A stretch of DNA of 64,000 nucleotides from Eledone cirrhosa (Eukaryota): contig OZ024740.1 of NCBI GenBank assembly GCA_964016885.1, positions 108,376,001-108,440,000 of the forward strand. Direction: 5' to 3'. Under the pieces are notes generated by a model. The model worked only from the letters and a program-made list of their open reading frames with translations, did not search any database and was not told the origin of the DNA. The translations under genes and the position numbers were made by a program. The stretch's first letter is position 1. Each line of letters opens with the position of its first letter. This document shows, one piece after another, positions 55,035 to 64,000 of this stretch.

Positions 55035-56662
55035 AACTTTAATCTCAGGGTGATTGAAGTCACCTGCAATGAAAACATAAGTGGCTGTCTTCCTGGCAGC
55101 AGCTCTGAGGATATCACAAAGTTGAGTGTCCTGATGGTAATTTGGGGGACGGTAAACGACTCCAAGTAACAGTGTTGACATGGTCATACGTATATCGCAG
55201 AAAAAAACTTCCTGCTGTGATTGGTTCAAATCAGCACAAGGAATTGCCGACAGATTTGACCGAACGTAGACCATTACACCACCACCACCACGATTAATGC
55301 GGTCTTTACGAAACAGGTTGTAGCCAGTCATGCTGAAAACCCCATCGCAGAGTAAGGGATGTGCCCAAGTTTCCGTGACTGTAATGAAGTCCGGGTTGAT
55401 ACTTTTGACGTAGGAGTCAAAAAGATGAATTTTATTGCATAGACTACGTGCATTCAAGGACAACAATTTGTACTTTGATTCCAGTCTATGATTATGTGCA
55501 AGGGATGGCAGGTTGTTCTGATTTAGTTTCCCAGAGTTTTTTCAGTTTCTTTATTGTCAGTTGTTGTGGGTGCAGTGTTTTCAGACCAGCTGGTGTCTCT
55601 TTTCCATGATTCACCAGCCTTAACAAACTTCCATATCTGCCCATCATCTCGTAGGCTGAAGCTTTCATGTTCTGCCGAGCTGCGGTTTAGGGAAGCTGCA
55701 GCACGCAACTTTGGGCGGACATCAGGTGGAAGACCAGGACGTGTTCGGAAAGCAATCCAACTTTCACGCCTAGCTTTATCAGAGGCTACAAGGTATGAAC
55801 GTGCCTCAGTTGAGTTTGTAAACGACAGTCTAATTAACCTGGGTTTCGGGCCTGGTCGGCCAAGGCGTAGAGCACCCTTTGCAGGAGCACAGCCCAGGTC
55901 TTTGGATGAACTGGCAGCAAATGCCTGAAGATCAATGCACGAAGATCAATGCACGAAGTGATTGCCATTGGTGTGTCTTCCGACACACCAATGGCAATCA
56001 CTTCGTGGTTTGCAGATTCAGTGGCATTCTCAATGTGTCTAGGTTCAACATGAGGTATGCGGAGATTTTTTAACAAGGCACTCCGGTAAGATCCCTCATT
56101 GTGGGGTTCTACACGAACGCTTGATTTTATTTCCGCTATTTCTTGACTTAAAGCGGAAATCATTTGCCGTATTTCCTCAAACTCCGTATTGACGGTCGGT
56201 TTTTGTTGTTGTTCTTCTCCTTCAACAGGCATGGTAGAAGACACAGTCGTCGGTTGTTGTTGTTGAAAAGTAACGGGTGAGGAAGACATGGGTTGCTGTT
56301 GTTGATGAAGTCCTTCAACGGGGGTAGTAGCAGAAGCTACGGTCGTTGGTTTTTGCTGTTGTTCAGGAACAATGGTAGAGGAAGACACGATCCTCGGTTT
56401 TTGTTGTTGTTGTTCGGGAACAATGGTAGAAGACACGATCTTCGGTCTTTGTTGTTGTTGTTGTTCCGCAGCAATGGGAGAAGCAGGCATACAATCCAGG
56501 CACTGAAAGGACCAGTTTGTTAGCTGGACCATCTCCCAGAGTCTATCCATCGTAGCAATATGATGTTTCTTATTTTGGCCTGGGATCTTCCGGAAGCCTG
56601 TGGCGCATTGAAGGCAGACAGAGATGCGACAGGTTCCACATTTGACCCAACGATTACGGAAC
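55035..56662 (-). mobile_element. 5' part of a CR1/Jockey-group LINE: ORF1 remnant (partial PHD-like Cys cluster, Q-rich repeats) and APE start
   Basis: 55020-55466: LSLNARSL, VTETW, RKDR..GGGV, VYRPP, AGDFN. Upstream: WVKCGTC...CLQC...WSFQCLDC plus PEQQQKP repeats. Truncated at (TA)n. Confidence 0.78.
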
Positions 56663-56803
56663 GAGTTTTATTTTATCGACCACGTAAGGATGAAAGGCAA
56701 AGTCAACCTCGGCGGGATTTGAACTCAGATCGTTAAGGGACGTAATTACTATGCTGGAAAGCATGGCGTCCGACCCTCTACCGATACTGCCAATCCACCG
56801 CTG
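56663..56803 (-). mobile_element. tRNA-derived SINE 5' half with Nin/Deu-like domain
   Basis: Reverse complement: TGGCAGTATCGG (A box), GAGTTCAAATCC (B box), gactttgcctttcatccttacgtggtcgataaaataa. A related fragment lies at ~57890-57972. Confidence 0.7.
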
Positions 56804-56892
56804 ATATATATGTGACAAATGTTAAATGATATATATATGTACATGTGATATTTTTATGTATAAATACAAGTATGTGTTGTGTTGCCATAGAT

Positions 56893-57092
56893 TTAACCCT
56901 TTAGCATTTACATTACTCTAAATATGCTATTGTATTTATCTCACATAATATCGAATATATGAGATTTTGATGTTATTTATTTTGAGAACAATACCTTAAC
57001 ATCAGTTAAAGTGGCTAGTTATGGCCAGTTTGAACTGGAAGAGGTGAAAGAATTCTGGCCGGATAATGCTAGTTTAAATACTAAAGGTTTAA
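56893..57092. mobile_element. piggyBac-type MITE
   Basis: TTAA-ccctttagcatt ... aatactaaaggt-TTAA: imperfect TIRs bounded by TTAA. Confidence 0.65.
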
Positions 57093-58282
57093 TGTCAAAA
57101 TTTGGTGGTGGTAATGATGATAGTATTGGTGATGATGATGGAAATTAAGATGGTGATTATGTTGATGATTGTAATGGTTATAATGATATTTATGATGATG
57201 ATGATGATGCAGCCTATTTTTGCCACATTCTATCAAATCTAAATAGATGATGACGAGTGGCTGCTGCTTTCTGTGTTTCAGCACTTCTGCCATCTTTTTC
57301 AATGATTGACTACTAAAACATGCTGGTGACACTCTAAAAATAAACTTGCATCCCTGGTTGCCAACTGAAAGTTACATCAGATTGTGTGCAGTACAATGCG
57401 TTAATAAAATACTGGATGCATTCTCACTATAACTTAAGTGGTGTACACTCAATTTGGTGCTACTTTAGTGTGCAGTCTACCACATGAGCCATAGTCAATG
57501 GTGTTTAATGACCTGATCTAACTGTTTACTGAATAATGAGAATAATATTCTCATTATTGTACCTACCTATTTTTTGTTAAAATATTTCTCTAGATGTGAC
57601 ATTTTGACTGAAAAAACAACAGTTGTATTTTTTACATAAAAATTCAGATCCTTGCTATCAATGTGGTAGTGTCATGCAGGTGTTGTTACCGTCTTTTGAT
57701 GGTTAAGTGTATTAATGGAATGGCTCTTCCAGCGCATCTCCTTTACCATCGTCCAGGGAAAGGCCTTCTCCACCCTGTCCGCCAGAGCTGCAGGATGGCT
57801 GGTCTGCTGGGGCCGCAGGGGCAGCCAGCGTGTGGGCCCCATTTGTTCATAATAATTGTTTCTACTTTTGGCACAAGGCCAGCTATTACTCCAGTGTATT
57901 ACTGGTACTTTATTTTATCGACCCCGTAAGGATGAAAGGCGAAGTTAACCTCGGCGGGATTTGAACTCAGAATAATGAGTGATGGGGAGAGCGGGAGAGA
58001 CGGAGGCAAAGACAACAGGAGCTTAATTCTTTTTTGTTCAGACCTGGTGTATACGTATATGTTTATCCAACTTCACTCACAAGGCTTGGGTTGACCTGAG
58101 GCTATGGAAAAGGATTAAATCTGGATTGGGAAGCTAACATCTTAACCATTTTGCTGTGCTCTGTCCACAAGTATTAATATATCATTATTCATTATTCAAC
58201 TTGTTTTTATTATCCTGTAGTTTAAAGGTTTTGTAGTTGTAATAGACTGCACACTGAACTGTAAATGACTAGGTAGATTGCA

Positions 58283-58707
58283 ATCATCATCATCACCGTT
58301 CTTCCACGCTAGCATGGGTTAGACGGGTTGCCCTGTTGTGGACAATGTCCAGTCGGCTGACCTTGTCTTGCTCATACGGGAACTGATTCTGGCTTGATTT
58401 CTACAGCTGGATGCCCTTCCTAACACCAACCTCATTTACAGTGAGTGTTGGGTGCTTTTTTTCCGTGGCTCCTACACGTCCACTTTACAGTGTGGGCTGC
58501 GTGCTTTTTTGCCGTGGCACCTCCACTTTGCAGTGGAATGATAGGGACCCCAGTCCTATCATCTCATTTCTACAGCTGAGTAAACTGGAGCAATGTTAAA
58601 TAAAGTGTCTTGCTCAAGGAAACAACACATCACCCGGTCTGAGAATTGAACTCACAACCTTTCGATTGCAAGCCCAATGCTCTAACCACTAAGCCACGCG
58701 CCTTCAA
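58283..58707 (-). mobile_element. tRNA/CORE-like SINE with RTE-derived body and tail
   Basis: A box TGGCTTAGTGG, B box GAGTTCAATTC, core and aggaagggcatccagctg block, GAT tail. Confidence 0.85.
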
Positions 58708-58746
58708 ATATAAATGATCAGATAGATCGCATGCTAACATGACACC

Positions 58747-58999
58747 TAACTTTGATACCAAACAGCTCGGAAACTGCCACTGGTTCTGTAATACAAAACT
58801 GTTTGTTTTAAAGTATTCATATTTATTTAAAAACATTCTATCATAATTTTTATGTAAGAATTTTTGTTATATTCCAAACATCAGCTTAATAATGAGAAAG
58901 TTATATTACTAAATCCCTCCAAACTTTTGATTATTTTCAAAATTATTTAAAAACCATTAGTAGTGTATTTCATGAGAAATATGATTATGAAAGGTTTAA
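58747..58999. mobile_element. Degenerate TTAA-type MITE
   Basis: Decayed termini taac(c)tttgatacca ... atgaaaggtttaa with an AT-rich interior. Confidence 0.35.
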
Positions 59000-59490
59000 T
59001 GTGGTTGTGGAAAAGGGAGATGAGATATACTAGGGATGTTGAAAGGAGAGAAGAGTGCTTGCATTGATTGGGCTGGGATTTGAGCTGATAAGCAAGCAGC
59101 TTTCTGATTCATTGCTTGGAAATTGTTAGTAACCAATACAAATAATAATTACACATACACACACATACATATATACATACATATGCACATTTACATACAC
59201 AAATATCCATACACATATACATACATATGTACATTTACATAGATAAATGATATATATATATATATATCCACATACATGTATGCACACATAAATTGCTCCC
59301 CTCCTCTCAACTGATTTGATTGTTTTAGAACCAACCAACAGCAATAAAACAAAACAGTCTACAATGTATGGTGGACAATTTGATGGTTGGTAACTGATGT
59401 ATTAATGACTCATTCATATTAACATGCCTGAACACATCCCTATGTATGTATGTGTGTATGCCTTACTGTATGTATGTATACATATATATA

Positions 59491-59826
59491 TGAAGGCACA
59501 TGGCTTAGTGGTTAGAGCATTGGCCTTGCAATCGAAAGGTTGTGAGTTCAATTCTCAGACCGAGTGTTGTGTTGTTTCCTTGAGCAAGACACTTTAGTTC
59601 ACATTGCTCCAGTTTACTCAGCTGTAGAAATGAGATGATAGGACTGGGGTCCCTATCATTCCACTGCAAAGTGGTCGTGGAGGTGCCACGGCAAAAAAAG
59701 CACCCAGCACTCACTGTAAATGAGGTTGGTGCTCGGAAGGGCATCCAGCTGTAGAAATTAAGCCTGAATCAGTTCCCGTCCCACCCTTGCAAGCATGGAA
59801 AAAGCGGATGTAAAATGAAATGATGC
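59491..59826 (+). mobile_element. tRNA/CORE-like SINE
   Basis: ggcacatggcttagtggttagagca...gagttcaattc...ccttgagcaagacactt...gaagggcatccagctgtagaaa...aatgatg. Confidence 0.85.
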
Positions 59827-60121
59827 ATACCCACAAACATATCAAGGTCAGTTGATGTAAGCTGAGTAAAGGCCATACACACACACACACACACACATAT
59901 CATCATTTCATGTAGACAATCCATGTTGATATAGCTGGCTTTTATTTCAATTTATTCCCTTTCTAGACATGTCCCATTTATGATATTGTTTCTACAGGTG
60001 GATACCCTTCATAGCACCAACCTCTATGCACAGTGTACTGTGGGTTCCTTATCCTAGCACCAGTAATAGAGAGGACTGATGAGACATCTCTACAGACTCA
60101 TTCAAGAATCTTCTCTACCCT

Positions 60122-60390
60122 ACTATATACTGACACACTCAACAAGCTTGTAAAGAACCACCATACGTATATGACACATCCAATGAGCTTGCCAACAACC
60201 ACACATATACTAACACACTGAATGAGCTTGTCAACAACCACACATATACTGACACACTCAACAAACTCACCAACAAACCACCACACATATGCTGACACAT
60301 TCAATCAGCTTGTCAACAATCACACCTATACTAATACACTGAATGACCTTGTCAACAGCCACACATCCAATGAGCTTGCCAACAACCACG
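60122..60390. repeat. Degenerate ~40-bp minisatellite
   Basis: Recurrent cacatatactgacacactcaa.gagcttgtcaacaacca, about 6-7 units. Confidence 0.7.
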
Positions 60391-60557
60391 CATGTGCATG
60401 GATGTATGTTGCTCCACGATGCATGATGCTATCTCCTTAACGTTGATACTTCTTTGAAACACCTCATATAAACATGATATATCATCGTCATCATCATCGT
60501 CATTTTAGCATTCACTTTCCCAGCTAGCAAGAGTTATATATATATGTGTGTGTGTTA

Positions 60558-60625
<68 letters not shown>

Positions 60626-62322
60626 ATCATCATCATCATCGTTTTACACGTCCGTTCTTCCACACTAGCATGGGTTAGACGGGTTGTCCTGTTGTGAGCA
60701 GTGTCCAGTCGGCTGACCTTGTCTTGCTCATACAGGAACTGATTCTGGCTTGATTTCTACAGCTGGATGCCCTTCCTAACACCAACCTCATTTACAGTTA
60801 GTGCTGGGTGCTTTTTTTCCGTGGCGCCTACACGTCCACTTTACAGTGTGGGCTGGGTGCTTTTTTGCCGTGGCACCATCACGACAACTTTGCAGTGGGA
60901 GGGTGTGGGGGCATATTGTCTATATGCTTCAGCTTCGGCTTGTACCCGTGGGAGGGTCGGGTCTTCTGTATTACTGCATGAGACCAGAGGTCACGGTCAT
61001 GTGTCATCGCCTTTGAGAGGTGCAATTGGGTAAGGTTGGCTTTTATCACCTCATCCCAGGTCTTCTTGGGTCTCCCCACTCCGCGGTTTCCATCAACTTC
61101 TGGTGCTCTACACCTTTTTATGCAGCTGTCATCCTCCATATGCATCACATGTCCATACCAACACAACCTCCTCTCCTGCACACAGCATTTGATTCCTCTT
61201 ATGCTCAGTCTCTCTCTCAATTCATTATGCTTTGCCGTGTGCGTATATTTCTATTACACATCCATCGAAGCATGCAGGCTTCGTTTCTTTCTAATCTACG
61301 CGAGTCTTCCACAGACAGCGCACAGGTCTCACTACCATGTAACATTGCTGTTCGTATACACGCATCATACAGTCTGCCTTTCATTTTGAGGGAAAAGCCT
61401 TTTGCATCTAGCAGTGGCAGTAGTTCCCTGAACTTCTTCCATCCCGTTCTTACCCTAGTTATTGTACTTTCCGAACACCTACCTCCGCTGCTAATTCGGT
61501 CACCTACGTAGCAGAAGCTGTCTACTGTTTCTACAGTGCCTTGGTGGTGCTTGTTTCCTGTGGCTGTTTGCTGCTTGCTGTCCCAGCACAGCTGCTACAT
61601 GTGAAGCCTACATTCTTAGTTAAAATTCCTGAGATCCCACTACATCTCTTGTGTACCCATTGTTTGCATTTGGGGCAGAGGATGGAGTTCCAACCTACAC
61701 ATTTCCTACATACTGAGCAAGACCATTTCCCTGAGGAGATCTGGGTTCTGTTTTCTTGTCTACTTACAAGGACCTTAGTCTTTGTCAAGTTGACTTTGAG
61801 AGCCTTTCTTTCTAGTCCCTGCTTCCATGTTTGGAATTTCTTCTCTAGTTCTAACATAGATTCAGCTATATGTGTGAGGTCATCTGCATACAGGATTCCC
61901 CATGGGCATCCGGTCTTAAACTCCTCTGTTATTGTCTGCAAAACTATGATGAACAGGAGAGGGCTAAGAAGAGAGCCCTGGTGGACACCGACCTGTATGC
62001 TAAATCTCCACTATAGTCATTGCTAATCTTAACTTTGCTAACTTGGTTAGCAAAGTACAGCTTTCACAAGCCATTCATCTACTCCTAGTTCTCTAAGAGC
62101 CCACCAGATTATAGCACAGGGTCTCTGTTAAAGGCTTTCTCCAGATCGACGAATGCCAGGTAGAGTGGCTTACTTTTAGCTAGGTACTTTTCCTGTAACT
62201 GCCTCACAAAGAAGAGAGCATCAGTGTTGCCTTTTCCTGGCACAAACCCAAATTGCATCTCATCTAGTTTCACCCGGTCCCTAATCCACTGTGCTATAAC
62301 TCTTTCAGTTACTTTCATGACC
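60626..62322 (-). mobile_element. RTE-clade LINE, older family C, degenerate
   Basis: QFGF, FVDLEKAF, YADD, PHD-like finger and RRLCWYGHV in broken frames, with GAT tail. Confidence 0.88.
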
Positions 62323-63942
62323 TGTTGTTGATGTTTCTTTTGAGAGGGCCCCGTTTGCTGCAACTGTCTGTCTTCTGTCCTTTAAGAAGTCATGCAGCCA
62401 CTCACCTACTTTTCCAGTTATGCCGAGTCTCTGTAGTTTGTGACATATTCTGTGGTCGACCTTGTCAAAGGCCTTCGCAAAGTCAAGATATATCACATCC
62501 ACATGTGCGCTGTCTAGCAGTTGTTTCAGTACCCAGTCATAGTGATGTAGCAGCTGTGTAAGGCAGCTTCTTCCTGGGCGAAAGCCATGCTGCGTGCTAG
62601 TCAGGCGGTCATTTTCCTTGAGGAAAGTGATCAGTTTCTTTCTGATGATTCACTCCATGACCTTACTGATATGTGACGTCAGGGAGACTGGCCTATAGTT
62701 TTTGGCCTCCACTCTGCTACCTCCTTTATGGATAGGGCATATCGTGCCTTCTTTCAGCTCCCTGGGTAGTCTACCGCTAGCCAAGGAGCTTCTGAAGAAC
62801 ATTGTCAGTGGAGTTTCTAAGGCCCGCTTACATGTTTTTAAGAGAACTGCTGGGAATCCATCAGGTCCAGCAGCTGAGCCTGTTCTAATTTCATCTATGG
62901 CGTATACCACATCCTCCTCCGTTATATCTATGTGGTTGATGGTCGCCATTTCTTCATGGAGTGTTGTGGCATCAGAGAAATCCTCTGGCTTTGTTATTTG
63001 CATGTGCCTCAGTGGACATGTGAACACACTTTGTACTGTTCGTTCAGTATTTCACTTATCTCTTGGTGATTCTCGGTTAATGAACCTTCTTTATGGAAGC
63101 CTGGCCCAATCTTGCAGTGTACCGAGGCAGTCTCTTTTGCAAATTTAAAGAAGGCCTTAGGGTTTGTTTTAATATTTTCTATGGCCCTGATTTCTTTCTT
63201 TGCCCTCTCATTTTCATTGGAAAGTTTGAGTGCAATCTCGATGTCAAGTAGTGCACGTTTCAAATAGGATTCCTTCTTGTTTTTGTTTTGTTGTTGTGCA
63301 TTCAGCTGGTTTGAGAGCTTAGTTATTCGTCTCATAAGGAATTTCCTATCTCTGGGAATAAGATTTTTGTGTCTGTTGGCCTTTTTCTCCGAGACAAACT
63401 TTTTGCATATAGTTTGTATTGTTGTCATGAAGCGTTGAAAATGTGTGTTGGTGTCTTGTGATGTGATGTTGTTGCTCCATATTTGCTTCCGGATTTCTCT
63501 CTTGATCTTTTTCCAGTTAGCCTTGCAGAAATTAAGGCTGGATAAGTTCCTGGTGCTTCTTGATGGTTGTGTCTCTGTTGATTCTCTCGGACCACATATA
63601 ATTGGTTCTACTAAGTTATGATCCGAGAAAATCGTTAGTGTCACCTTTACATCGTAGATGAGCACTGTGTTGTTTGTAAAACAGAGATCTAGGATATTCT
63701 CGCCTCTTGTTGGGAGAAGTACTGCTTATTCCATGAACAGCCTGTGTGTGAGGGCCAGCAGGGATTCCGTCTGTCTCTGTTCTAGTGATGTCATTCCAGG
63801 GAGGAGGTGGCCCTCAGGCCATTTGACATTTGGCAGGTTGAAGTCTCCCAGCAGTAGAATGTTGAGACCCTGGTCCAGTTTGTCAAGGACCTCTTCTATC
63901 CTACTGAGGCTATCCTCGAATTTATCCTCATGACTGGGGGCA
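62323..63942 (-). mobile_element. CR1-group LINE internal fragment, older subfamily
   Basis: Broken ORFs similar to 42790-44400 (GDFN, AAGPDG, DFAKAFD). Confidence 0.88.
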
Positions 63943-64000
63943 TATATATGTGTATATATACATGTATATATGTATATATATATATATATGTATATTTATA

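Noticed and set aside
57081-57340. Possible host exon (minus strand, His-rich ORF after a tttag acceptor)
   Set aside because: The His run comes from a decayed (CAT)n repeat, and there is no convincing splice donor or recognisable protein motif.
58630-58707. tRNA genes at SINE heads (also 36660-36735, 59491-59565)
   Set aside because: A/B boxes are present but continue into SINE body and tail, with no complete cloverleaf acceptor stem.

Overview
Eukaryotic, apparently gene-free window made almost entirely of retroelements embedded in long degenerate (TA)n microsatellite. An octopod cephalopod origin is inferred from the SINE/RTE repertoire but not proven. Bases 1-55 kb look like one giant (TA)n/TTTA tract broken up by nested insertions. 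These are many RTE-clade LINE copies (one with an uninterrupted APE-RT-PHD frame), CR1/L2-group LINEs (one intact ORF2), a full-length Tx1/L1-clade LINE inserted into an RTE with a 17-bp TSD, and three Penelope-like elements (PLEs). The main non-obvious signal is RNA: by eye I find about 18 type I hammerhead ribozyme (HHR) motifs from about 8 unrelated families. Three families carry a compensatory U3-A8 core instead of C3-G8. The standout is a near-perfect 4.6 x 466-bp tandem array with one HHR per complete unit and an octamer motif, i.e. an ORF-less non-LTR retrozyme-like element predicted to yield 466-nt (circular) RNAs. A dispersed, 5'-inverted relative of it lies at 41.6 kb. From about 56.8 kb the sequence is older intergenic DNA with tRNA-derived SINEs, MITEs and decayed LINEs. 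The long YI-repeat ORFs are microsatellite artefacts. All coordinates and foldings were read by eye.
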